DNA from: Adineta vaga
Lineage: Eukaryota; Animalia; Rotifera
Direction: 5' to 3'
Length of the DNA stretch: 64,000 nucleotides
Assembly: GCA_021613535.1 (NCBI GenBank)
Contig: CP075493.1
Span: 11,780,001-11,844,000 of the forward strand
Shown here: positions 12,920 through 25,047 of the stretch, piece by piece
How positions within the stretch are numbered: position 1 is the stretch's first letter
How the letters are laid out: every line of letters starts with the position of its first letter
Made by a program: the position numbers and the translations under genes
The notes under the pieces: model-generated
The model's database searches: none
Told to the model about the DNA's origin: nothing
The model's input: only the letters and a program-made list of their open reading frames with translations

Positions 12920-14140
12920 ATGAAATTGTCTCTTGTTTTAATATTTATCTATGGTTACCTTTGTCATGCTAATGACATTTGGTATCAAACCGATATGTCA
13001 ACAACTCTTGTTCCACCATTTCAAAGTGTATACACAATATTACAACAAAATATTATCAGTAGATTATCTACACTTGATTCAAATTCCTTACCAACCGATG
13101 AAAATACTTTGTCATCTATAACATCAATGTTTTATTGTGAAATTGACAAATTAATTAAAAATCTCGATGTTTCAGTTACAGCTAGTAACAATATTCGCCT
13201 CAAAGTTGATCAGAAATTGGCCAATATCGTTAGTGACATTCTAGCGAAAGAAAATGAAATTGCTCGTACTAACAATCAAATTCAAAATATGAACGGAAAT
13301 ATTCAATCGAAACAAGCACAAATCAATGCAGCTGAACAATCTGTTGTACAAGCTCAAAATTCCGTCAATGAAGCTCAAAATGCATTACAACGTGCTGAAA
13401 AAGAAGTTGAAGATGCAAAATTATGTACTGGCTTATTTGGTCGACGAAAACGTTTTCTTGGTAATGTCTGGAATTCAATTCAAAATTCTGTCTTAAAACC
13501 AATCGAATCAGCCGTTAATCAAGCTGGTAATGCGATTGGTTCAGCAGCCAATACCGTTGGTAATGCCATTGGATCGGCAGCTAATGCAGCTGGTAATGCT
13601 ATCGTTGATAATGTTGTCAAACCAGTTTGTAGTGTTATTAATTTTCAACAAGTTGACAATGCTATGCGAAATGTTGAAAATAAGAAAAATAATTTAGTTA
13701 ATGCTAGAAATCAAGTTCAGACATATAAAAATGATTTAAATTCCATGAAAAATGATTTAATTACGTTTAATGCACAATTATATAATTTTAATTATCAATT
13801 AAATCAATTAAAAAATTCCTTAGTTTCATTACCTAAGGAACAGCATATTATCTTAGCTATCCATCAAAAATTAACAAATATTGTTGGTTCAATACGATCG
13901 GCATTCAGTGGATCAACATCCTTTCTAAATTCCATGGCAACAATTATTGATTTCGATTTAATTACTTTACCATTAAATGCTGTTTATGATGAATTACAAC
14001 AAAATCAATTCATGGGATCGTTCAATATTGGTAAATTATCAGTTCAACAAGTAAATCAAGCAAAAACAGGTTTACAAGCATTGATTGCTGCAATGATCAA
14101 TGTACCCTTCGATATGGGAAATACACGTTGTTCTAATTAA
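12920..14140 (+). CDS. Secreted long coiled-coil protein with a furin-like site and 11-aa amphipathic repeats
   Basis: Signal peptide MKLSLVLIFIYGYLCHA. Two heptad coiled coils flank C..GRRKR/FLG..(AxNxxGNAIGS)x3..C. Intronless, 406 aa. Confidence 0.8.
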   Translation: MKLSLVLIFIYGYLCHANDIWYQTDMSTTLVPPFQSVYTILQQNIISRLSTLDSNSLPTDENTLSSITSMFYCEIDKLIKNLDVSVTASNNIRLKVDQKLANIVSDILAKENEIARTNNQIQNMNGNIQSKQAQINAAEQSVVQAQNSVNEAQNALQRAEKEVEDAKLCTGLFGRRKRFLGNVWNSIQNSVLKPIESAVNQAGNAIGSAANTVGNAIGSAANAAGNAIVDNVVKPVCSVINFQQVDNAMRNVENKKNNLVNARNQVQTYKNDLNSMKNDLITFNAQLYNFNYQLNQLKNSLVSLPKEQHIILAIHQKLTNIVGSIRSAFSGSTSFLNSMATIIDFDLITLPLNAVYDELQQNQFMGSFNIGKLSVQQVNQAKTGLQALIAAMINVPFDMGNTRCSN

Positions 14141-14631
14141 TCATACAATGTATTCGCTTTGTTTTCTTTTATTTCAAAATGTTTTTTTTGAAATAATAAA
14201 GAAAATAATCTAAAATCAATTAAAATCATAAAATCTCAGAATCCTCTCATCGACAAATAGTAGGTGCAATAGTTAGAGCAAGCTGTACTTCTCCTCATCA
14301 TCAAAAAATCGATTCAAATCAGATTTTTTACCGTTTCTTTTTACATGGGATATACCGTTTGACTCGTGATTTTATGTCAATTTGATTCTGTAGGGAAGAA
14401 AATAAAGGTAAATATTGATTATTATTCATCATAACGTCATTTCTTCGATTAGTTTTAATGTATTTTTTGTTGTTGTGCAAGTGTTTCGATAGTATAATTA
14501 CGTCATACATCCTTTCAAAATATTTATGATTTGAAGAATATTCTTCGCAAAGAAAACATGTGTAAATATAATGCTCACAAAAAATATGTTTTATTTTTAT
14601 TTTGTATTCTGTAAACAAGTTGATTTATGCA

Positions 14632-15539
14632 ATGAGCAAATCAAGAATGACAATCTGCACACCAATGATCTTCTTAGGTTCATCTTTTAAGTCAATGGAT
14701 CGGATAAATACAGACGAGATTTCTTCTCTCATTCGAACTGGTCAGCTAGAGATTAAAAATACTTTTATTCAAATCTATGAGAGTGAAGAAATACGCAATG
14801 CGTTCTCCTATCGTCAACATGGTTTTGAATATTGGCAATTGGAAGGTAGTATTCTCGACGCAGTGTTTCAAATGGCGAGAAGATCTAATGAGAGAGAAAA
14901 TCGAATCTTTCTACGACAGGCCATTGTTCCTTTAGTGATCGAATGGGGTCGTCGACAGAACTTTCAATTCAATGTCATGGTACCTGTGGACACGGTATAC
15001 AGAGATTCAAATCACAAGCAAAATAATAATGCTTTTGGTCCAGTATGTTTTGCTCATATCGATTTTTCCACTATAGATCTTATTGAAACATTTCTTCATT
15101 TTAAAAATACATGGAAAATTAATATTGAATTGGCTCTTGGTAGACAACCTCATACGCTGACAGATGAACAATATGCTAGTATTCATGTAGAAAAAATGAT
15201 AAATCTATGGATACCACTCTCTTCTTGTTCTACTAAAAATACGCTGGCCGTTATGGATTGTAGTTCATTTGGTCAATTTAATCAAGAAATACAACCGTAT
15301 ACTGCTATAAGAAAATCAGGTGATTATTTCACTGCATTAGGTTTGTATTCAAGCAGAACCATCGATGGATCAGTCAATCCGATATGAAACTAGGTGATGC
15401 AGTAGTATTTGATAGTTTAAAAACGCCACACTCTGCTGTATTAATTGATCGACCAGATGCTTTGCAAGAACATCGACAAAGTGTTGAAATTCGTGTTTTA
15501 TTTTTGAATGTACCTGCAGATCTTCTCACATTTGAATAA
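14632..15539 (+). CDS. CmcJ/NvfI/AsaB-like Fe(II)/2OG-type oxidoreductase, frameshift near 15350
   Basis: AHIDF (HxD) and INLWIPL..NTLAVMD. After the frameshift: HRW..DMKLGDAVVFDSLKTPHSA..RQSVEIRVLF, then TAA at 15537-15539. Confidence 0.75.
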
Positions 15540-15906
15540 GCACTGCTTTTGAATAGTAAAAAGAAAAACCCGTACCATATAGTTGATATGCTCAAATATC
15601 GACAAACTTCATTATTTCATAAGGTGAGAAAAAGAAAATCTTTTCATATAAGCTAGATAGAATTAATTATGTGAGTAGAGATCAAACAGGATAAATACAA
15701 CAGTAAAGCTGTAAAATTTTTAATTAAAGTTTTGATTTTACAAAAACTTGCTCTTTTTAAAAACCATCCGCTGTGAACAATATATAAATTTATATAGCAG
15801 TGTTTCATCGTACGTTAATTGAAAGATTCATCTGTATTACTGCACTGATTGTCTTTCACGCACATTTAGCGAGTTTACTTATGTAAATACAAAGAGGTGT
15901 TTTATA

Positions 15907-16864
15907 ATGAACGACGCAGATATTATTCGAATTTTTATTTTTGTTCGATTTATATTACATTTCATCAATATTATTGGATCATGTTTATATGCTCTACCAT
16001 TTTGCTTTATTCAATGATTTCGTAAACCAGTTCATCTTCTAAGTTTGAATGTATGCATAGCTGCATTGTGTTTCTCTATTTATTCTCTAATTTATCAAAT
16101 ATTGAATATATTTTATCCTACTCTATTCTGGTCTTCAAGATCATGTCTACCAATTACTTATATGCAAAATGTATTTATTTGGCAAGTACTTTGTGCCTTA
16201 TGTATAGTTTCAATCAATCGATATTGTATTGTCATGTGTAAAAACAAAGTCTTTTTTCAAACTATCAAATGGGCTGTGATATGTATCAGTGGTCAATGTA
16301 TATCTACGATATTGTTACTTACACCAATTTTTGTCTCGAATCCTGCTGTAAATAGAATTGAACTTAAATATTTCATCAAATTTTCTTGTTTTCTTCTTAT
16401 TTCTCTAGTCTTGCTTGGTCGTAGGTCTTGAGTTGGGTTATCGAATATATCTATTCATCATTACAATCATTATACCTTCAATAACATTTATTATTACGAA
16501 TAGTATCATTTTTGTCCATGTTCGAAGATCAACACGACTTGTTCAACCATTCAATAGCAAAGGTATTCAATCCTCCATTCTTAGTATTCGTGATGTTCGT
16601 TTATTGAAACACATTGTTTTTATGTTTGTCATCTTTTTTACTGGTTGGATTCCAATCTATGTCGTACGAATATTTAATGGAACTTCAATCGCTTTTTCAC
16701 CGGTTTTACACAATATTCTAGGAACACTACCAATTCTAGCCCTACTAGTAACTATTATCGATCTTTTCTCATTTAATCATGAATTACAAAAATATTTTAC
16801 TAGACAACCATTAATACGTCAAATGATTTCTTTAAGAAAATGTATTAGAAAATTCAAATCATAA
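15907..16864 (+). pseudogene. Orphan class A GPCR with an early frameshift and an in-frame TGA (16015-16017)
   Basis: HLLSLNVCIA, VSINRYC (DRY-like), intron 16348-16408, IIPSITFIITN..IFVHVRRS, RDVRLLKHIVFMF..GWIP, NHELQKY. Confidence 0.7.
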
Positions 16865-17024
16865 TATAATCCTGCACCACTTTGTGTCTACTGACATCTT
16901 TTCTTCTCCTTTTTCTATCGTTTGTTTTATCAAACCAATACTGCTTAAAGTACACACTGTCAAAACACGCATGAAAATACACTTTTTTTAAAATTTAGTT
17001 AAAAAATCTCCTTGTTTAGTATAT

Positions 17025-19983
17025 ATGAGTGTACCGAATATGGAAACAATTGAAAATTTGTATACAACAGAATCACTGTATCTTCCTTTGAAAATACTTG
17101 TTCTTCCGGAATTTCATCAAAATGTCAAGGATTTGAAGCGTAAAGCAAAAACATTATTGAAAACCTTGAAAGATGTAGCAACGTTTCATTTTGCTAATAA
17201 TACACAACTTTATCATAGTACAAATGACAGAAAAGTACAATCCCTTCCCACTTTCGATAATCAAAATCAGCAGTATTCAACGTTTCTTTACATTATCTTG
17301 ATCAGTTATGTAAATCAGCAGGACCTTTCAATGGTATCCTTGGCTTTGCAGTATGTAGTTTTATTTTGTTTTGTAAACGAAGCATGCATTATGTTTTCGC
17401 ATGTAGGAAGGAGCTTCGTTAGGTGGTATCATAAGTGGATTACAGCCATTGGGTAATATTTCATTTAATTTTGTTATTCTGATCTCTGGACTAGCTTCAC
17501 GAATTGAAGCTTATCAAGATTTAATGAAATCAATGTATATTAAAAATATATCTTCTCTACATATCTATGGAACGAAAGATGGTTCAAGCAATAATGAACG
17601 AACATTACAACTAGCAGCATCGTTTGAAAATTCAAAAATTATCATGCACCGAGGAAGTCGATTTACATCAAAAACATGGCCATATACTGAGATTAAAGAA
17701 TTTTTACTAGAACAGCAGAAGTTCTTTCGACGAAACTAAATACGTCCGCTAATAATTCATCCATGACATTAGATGAGAAGAACGAAGCAACTATCTTCCT
17801 CCGACAACGCAAACAGAAAGGAGTCGATTTATCGAGTTCTCCACGAAGAAACGATGGAGAATATGATTAACCATCTCGATAAGTATCTATTGGATGATGT
17901 TATGTCCCTTATTTGGTCGAAACGAACCAAATTTCATCGTAGTGAAACGAATGATGATCATAATAAAATGAACATACTGTTTTTCTATCATTGGATACAA
18001 GTGTATCTGAGAACACCAGATGAAGTTCTTTCGATGCATCTCAGTAAAATTCCCAAATATGGTGATTGGAGTGATTTGAAAAGTATCTATATATATGCTG
18101 ATCGAATGAAAGATACATTTCCAAGTGAAATAATATTGTTGGAAAAACTCAAACTAGCATGTGTTAAAATGATAGGTGATCAACTAAAACATGATTATGA
18201 AATTGTATTGAAACAATTAAAGAAAGATTCTGATGGAAAGATTGAATCAAGAAAAACTGAAAATCAGAATTGGATTAGTCTTTGTGTTTATGAAACTCCA
18301 CAAATCTCAAATAATCCAAAAGAAATAACAACGAGTAAGAATTCTTTCTTTATTCATTTTCCATTGTCTCATAATTGTAATCGATGATAATTTTTATTTA
18401 GTTATGGCAAAAGAAATTGCCGAATATTTACAATCATTATTCATAGAAAAAACTCAGGCATATCAAAATTATAGAACTATAATAATGACAATCCGTCGAC
18501 AATTAAAAACAACAGGATTGATTTTTCTTGAAGAACAAGTTGCATGGAAAGATCGACCACTATTCTGCACTCGACAACAACGAGAAGAATTTTTAGCTGC
18601 TACTCCTTCATCGAACGTTATACATCCTCAACCACAACCAAGTAAGTTTCTCTTTTGATAGTTTTCATACGAAATTGACATGTTATTCATTTAAGTTGTT
18701 CCATGTCTTTTGGAAGAACTTCAACCACTCTTAGAATATTTAACAGCAAATAAACCTGGCCCATCTGATGATAAGCAATCAATCGTATTTCCACGTGGCA
18801 CGATTATGTCTGGTGGACGATTAGATATGTGTAAACAAGCAGTAGGTCCTCAAGGAGTTCAACCACTACTCAATGCCATGAAACACAGTTCTACCGTTAC
18901 TCGCTTATTACTTGGTATGAACTTTTGAATCGTTTTTATCGGAACAAATGATCATTGAGATTATGTTTAGGAAACAATATTGTCGGACGACCAGGAGCTG
19001 AAGCTATATCTGAATATATTCGTTTTAATCCTAATTCGACTGTTGATACATGGTATATTGCTTGTAATAGATTTGATAGTGATAGTATTTCACTCATATG
19101 CGATGCTTTGGCTACTGATACAAAAGTAAAATCACTTTGGTTAAAACGCAATCCAATTCTACCTTCTGGAGTTGTTCATATTGCTCGAATGTTAACAAGC
19201 AATACTTATCTACAAACATTAGATCTTCTTAATACTGGCTTATTAGATCAAGGATGTGAGATTTTGTTCAATGCTTTAAAACTAAATCACACTTTAAAAC
19301 ATCTATACATTGATGGCAATGGTATCAAAAGTGGACAAACAATACGTTTATATTTTGAACAAAATTATAATCATTTAGAAACATTATATATGTCTTGTAA
19401 TAACTTAGGTGATGTAGGTTCATGTGAAATAGCAGCAGGACTCAAATATGATCAATGTTTAAGACGACTTAGTTTAGCATCAAATTCAGTTGGTTTCAAT
19501 GGTGCACGAGCTCTAGCGGATGTTTTGATTCATCATCCAACACTTCAACAATTAGATCTTGGGTTTTTGAAATCAACCACTCTACTTGGTGGTTTAGATA
19601 ATATTCTTAAAGATGATGGAGCAGCAGAAATTAGTCGACTAATTCAATTTAATCATCAAATTCGTTCTATTGATCTTACACGGAACGGAATATCACAACA
19701 AGGAGTAATACAATTAAGAGATGCTCTAAAAACAAATCATACATTAACATCATTAAAAGGAATATCATTCAAACAAATACATGATACAACAATCAAAAAG
19801 GAAATAAACTCAATGTTAACAGCAAACTTAATCGAATGGGGTAAACAAGTTCTGACTGCTGACGCTGATAATACTTCACAATTAACTACGAATGATTATT
19901 TAACAAAAGGAAAAGAATTGGACAATGCTGTCAATTATCCTGAACATATAACTGAAGTTACTAGTTATTATAGAATACAATAA
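17025..19983 (+). CDS. Multidomain protein: degenerate FSH1/OVCA2-like serine hydrolase + helical middle region + RNI-like (LRR_6) repeats; several frameshifts and introns
   Basis: LKILVLPEFHQN, spliced GPFNGILGFA^EGA, FVILISG, SLHIYGTKD; KIPKYGDWSDL; GRLDMCKQAVGP, LWLKRNP, LQTLDLLNTGL. Introns near 17351, 18335, 18641 and 18915. Confidence 0.7.
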
Positions 19984-20415
19984 TAATACAATCGTACGTT
20001 TTCATGAATTGAAAAATTGGATCAAAAATTTGTGATAAAAAAGAAAAATAAAGTTTGATTTTGTGAAAAACGTTTTACATAAATATCGATTATACTCATA
20101 AGACTTGTATTATATTTCACTTCGTAATTTCAGTAGGATCATGGTAGAAGCCTTCATTTAATTATCAATAGATTATAACTTTTGAAAAAAGTAAAAGCAA
20201 AACAAGTGCTTTTGTATTTTTTGTCTATGGCAATAATAACAAAGATTAGACAGGGGATATAAATACTGATATACATTGATATGAGTTAGATAAAACGGTA
20301 TCACCTCATCTAGAATGTAAGTAATTGCTTGACTCTTCGATAGTTTTCGAGAGCAAAAAGATGAAGAGAAAAAACGATTTAAATTTATATCCTTTATATT
20401 ATATAGAATCTGGCA

Positions 20416-21306
20416 ATGTGGATTCGTATGCAATTGGTGGTAATGGTGATTTTGCCTTTGATCACTTTTGGGCAACAATATGGAACGTGTACAGCAAGAA
20501 ATGGTCGTAAAGGTGAATGTATAAGCACTAGTAAATGTGCATCCAATAGTGGAGCATCAGATCCAGCAAATCTTTGTCCTGGTGATCAAACAATTCAATG
20601 TTGCACATATCGTACGTGCACAAATAGCAAAGGTGTGGCAGGTCAATGTCAACCCACCTCAACATGTACAGGAAGTTCTGATCCAGCCAATCTCTGTCCT
20701 GGTGGTAATAACATTCAATGTTGTACAACTGGTTCTGCTCCAACTGGTCCTAGTCCAAGTAAACCGATAAACACGATGCTTACAGGTTTAGCTGATATTC
20801 TTCGTGGTGCTGGTCTCAATGTTGTTGAAGTTGCTGGTTGGAGAACTCGTGGTCACGGTGTAATGTCATCCGTGAAGGGTATTGTTGTTCACCATACAGC
20901 CGGTCCAGCTTCAGGTGATTTTCCCTCATTGGCAGTTATTCGTGATGGTACTTCTAGCCTTGCTGGTCCACTCTCTCAACTTGGACTTGGCCGTTCAGGA
21001 ACTTGGTTTGTTATTGCTGCCGGTCGTTGCTATCATGCTGGTAGTACCCTTGATGATTCTATCTATGGAAATAATAACGCCATTGGTATCGAAGCTGAAG
21101 GAGTTGGTCTTCCAGCAACTGATAGTGGACATGGATATTGGCCCGAAGTACAATATCAAAGTTATCTTAGAGGTGTTAGAGCTCTCAAAAATGCTTATGG
21201 TGTTCCAACTGCTCGTGTACTCGGCCATAAAGAAGCAGCAGTACCAAAAGGTCGTAAAATTGATCCTAACTTTTCAATGGCTGAATTTCGTGCTCAACTT
21301 GGTTAA
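20416..21306 (+). CDS. Secreted N-acetylmuramoyl-L-alanine amidase (Amidase_2) with two N-terminal 6-Cys repeats
   Basis: Signal peptide; two C..G.C....C..CPG....CC repeats; LADILRGAGL.VVE..GWRTRGHG, HHTAG, HAG, IGIEAE, GHKE, KIDP. Confidence 0.92.
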   Translation: MWIRMQLVVMVILPLITFGQQYGTCTARNGRKGECISTSKCASNSGASDPANLCPGDQTIQCCTYRTCTNSKGVAGQCQPTSTCTGSSDPANLCPGGNNIQCCTTGSAPTGPSPSKPINTMLTGLADILRGAGLNVVEVAGWRTRGHGVMSSVKGIVVHHTAGPASGDFPSLAVIRDGTSSLAGPLSQLGLGRSGTWFVIAAGRCYHAGSTLDDSIYGNNNAIGIEAEGVGLPATDSGHGYWPEVQYQSYLRGVRALKNAYGVPTARVLGHKEAAVPKGRKIDPNFSMAEFRAQLG

Positions 21307-22002
21307 ATTGATGTGAATTTGTTCTTTTTTTTCTCTCTAATAATCTGTTGAATAGATAATGAATTCACTCGAACAATAGTTTTCATTTATATCGCCTATA
21401 CACATTGAAAGATACGAAGACTGCTCTTATACTGTTTTATTTAGTGTGAATAATTCATCACATTTTTGAATCAGTTTACAAAAGAAAAGAATAGTCAATA
21501 TACATATTACTGTATAAAATTTGAGTTTTGTACTCTATGATACCTGATGTATGGTATATCATTACCGATAGATGGTAGTGGATCACAATGAAATCCATAC
21601 ATTTGTGGTGAAATATTTTCTAAACGAATCATTCCAGTTCTTTCCATAGGTTGACCATAGGGAATAGTATTTGGTCCAAGAAGTAAATTCATGTCCATTG
21701 GAATATTGTAATATATAATAAAGTCCAACTGCAATAATGATTGATATGTAAAATAACAAGAATATACACGTAAATGTTTGTATATATATTGACAGAAAGA
21801 TGTATGAAAAAAATAAGAAAATTTATCATCAATCAATTGAAAGTTACACTATTCATTTTTATATTCTGCGTATATGACAATACAACATATTTACATATTT
21901 GATGAGACATGGGAAAACGTCATCATTCTTTATTTGTGCAATTAAACGCCTACAAATAATTACTTTTTTTTTATAATGATAAAAATATGAATTCTAACAA
22001 TG

Positions 22003-23098
22003 TCATATTTGAAAAAACATCCACATAGAAAGATCGATAACTGTATTAATTTGTTTTTTTTCAACAATTTTCATCGTATCAAATTCGACGATGATCAACC
22101 ATACAAATATTTTAATTGATTGTAAATCATTTTGTCTGATTAGAAATAAAACTTGACGATTTGATTCATCATAGACAGCTTGAACATCTTGAACAACTAA
22201 TCCTATAGGTGTTTTTAGAAGTAATATTTCTTCTTGAAATTCACTTGTATAAGGATTCATATAAAACATATAAATATCTTCAATAAGATCACCACGTAAC
22301 CATGTTAATAAAGCACGTTTTGTTTTCATATCATAGGTCATTGAAGTAGGACCACCACGTTTTGGCAAGGAATGAAAATCAACAATGATATCTTTTGTTT
22401 TTCCAACAAGATTCAAATCCATTTTTATATAATATGGACTATAATGACCAGCTTCAAGTCGTACACGAATATCAACAAGCCAATTTTCATCGGGATCAAA
22501 TATAGATGATTTATCAGGAAATCCATATTTTTGTGTATCTTGTTGTGTGTATTCTTGTATAAGATCTAGTGTTGTTGTATTATATTCTTCGATAGTTGAG
22601 TGGTTCGATTGATTTCACGTAAACCAAAAAGACGTTGACGACGTGAATCATAATGAAGATAATCAAAAATACCAGCATTTAGAATCCATGAACTTTGTGT
22701 ATATGTTTTTGTTAGAATGTCACATCTCAATAGAAGTAAACGTTGTACTGCAGCAGTACATTGTAAAGGTGTAATGATTGTTGATTGATTGTTATTTAAA
22801 ACAGCAACAGGACCAGATTGAAAACAAAATTGTTGTGTTTCATTACTAGTAGGAATGTGAAATGTGAAATTTGCATAATTATTAAATGCTGATGATTTTG
22901 GATCGAAGCTGTTGATAGATCCAGTATATGGAGGTCTATTGGATATGCAATTAAAGAAAGAGAAAACTATTTTTAAAAATGAAATGATATTTTCTGAATT
23001 CTTTACGCTAGAAACGATGGTTGAATAGCAAAATATGCAGTTGATGATGATAAAATAATATTTTGGAGCAATAGAAAAAGAAGTACGACTAACTTCAT
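22003..23098 (-). CDS. Secreted uncharacterised protein, possibly a beta-propeller
   Basis: Signal exon MKLVVLLFLLLQNIILSSTAYFAIQP from ATG 23098, a GT-AG intron at about 22937-23007, then coding sequence with YDSRRQRLFG, FDPDENWL and YDESNRQVLF repeats; contains frameshifts. Confidence 0.6.
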
Positions 23099-23367
23099 AT
23101 TAATGGAGCAAAATGAAGTAACTCTACTTTTTTTTACTCTATTTCAAGACATATTCTTATCTTACCGTGTGATAATATTTTTCTTTAACTAGTAAAGATA
23201 ACCACATGCAAGGTATTTATTTGATATTTGTCCTCAATTAAAAGACATTAGAAAAAAAGAACGAACTATTTTTATTAATTGTCAAAAACAAAATAACGTT
23301 GCTGAATATGAAGTAAAATGAATTATAGAAAGATCATTTGAGAGATACAGAAAAGAGAACTATTTTT

Positions 23368-24346
23368 CTAAGTATGATAAACTTCAGCAATGTGTTTTAA
23401 TTCAGTGAGCTGTTGTTCGAGCAGTGCAATATCTTTATCAATAGCTTCTAATGTCGCATTTTTTGATACCCATGTTTGAATGAGATCAGCGACAGATATG
23501 ATTACTGATATACCAAGAATTTGTCCACTAATTGTACTCGCTGTTTTTGCTCCCGTTGCCAAAGCATTACCTAATGATGGTAATTGTGCAATAATTTGTG
23601 ACCAGGTACCTAATGTTGTAGTTGCTTGAATAGCTTCAGCAAGTTGTAGAAAGTCAACTCCAGCTTTGGTAACTGATTGTCCAAGTGAATAAGCAGTAAC
23701 AAGCCATGTCGTAATATCTTTTAAATTTGATTCACACATTTGTAAAGCTAAGGAATCTTCGTGTAAGAGATCAATGTATTTCTTTTGAAGACGTTTTTCA
23801 ATCATACTTCCGGCAATTGTAGTTCCTAAAATCAATCAAGATAATAAATAGAAAATAATTGATTTGAATTCGATATTTACCAAGACTAGTAGCACTACCC
23901 GCAAGTAAAATTGGAACACCAGCAATAGGAAAGAAAAAACATAGAGTTCCACCAATAACAGATGCAGAATTACCAAATGTATTGGATATTTTACAATTTC
24001 GAATATGTTTAGCCATACTATTACGAAGTTTTTTCAATCCTTTAATTGTTGTTGCACGTTGTACAAGAAATATTTCTAATCGTTCAATTGTCGGAGGTTC
24101 AATCGTTTCTTGTTTAACAATTGTCGATTGTAATTCGATCAGTGTTGGATATGGTACAAATTTACGAAGAACATCAGCTATTCGTTTTTCTTCTATTTTA
24201 GTTTCGATTTCTAGTTCTTCAAATTGTGGAGCAAGATCATTTATAACTGCATGTATTGTGCTTTGAACATTGTTTTCTTCTTCAGATTTCGATGGAATTG
24301 GTATAACACCGACATTCATTAACGATTCCATTGCAAAACTAGACAT
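23368..24346 (-). CDS. Apolipoprotein L-like protein (two exons)
   Basis: IKGLKKLRNSMAKHIRNCKISNTFGNSASVIGG followed by the hydrophobic hairpin LCFFFPIAGVPILLAGSATSLG^TTIAG (intron about 23827-23880), and C-terminal GISVIISVADL + coiled coil. Confidence 0.7.
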
Positions 24347-25047
24347 GTTTTTAATAATCCAATATACAAGTAAATGAATACAATTTATTTTGTTATCGTT
24401 TTTAGATATAAGTATATATATATATATATATAAATACACAACGTGCGTGAATATTGACGAATGAATCAGAATGAAAATGATAACTATACACATGAATAAA
24501 CAATAATCTTTATTTTACTATGTGTAGGTTTCTTTTGTTCTTCATATAAATGAGCCATTATTCAAAAAAACGTAAGAAAATTGCACTCCTACCTATAGTA
24601 CACTCTAGAATACGAATGGTTTCACTGTATAATATATTATTTACTATCATATATGAGTCAGAGAAATCATACGATACGGAAACTTCTATTTTTTCTTTGT
24701 TTCTTAATGCTTCTAACGATATAATAGTATATCTCCTTGCTGCGTCCATTTAAGTCTCGTTCATCAGAGTAACAATGTTTCATTATATACGATTATAACT
24801 ATATGGATCTCTATTGAATTTAATTCCAGCAGTATTTATACATGATTACTCAATATTCTCATTAGTTGTATCAACAATTTTATCTGTATTATAATTTTTC
24901 ATTTGAAATGGAATTCTTATTTCCTAGGAAAAAAATCACCTTTTTAGTAATTGCAGAACGATTGTGCAATTACATATGTTACATGCAAGTATAAAAAGAA
25001 GAAACACATATTACTGTAACGAAAGATCCTATAGTGAGAGAAAAAAA

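Noticed and set aside
21507-21836. Small minus-strand ORF with a possible hydrophobic N-terminus
   Set aside because: The frame is ambiguous and no family was recognised. It may be a small real gene, but I cannot support it.
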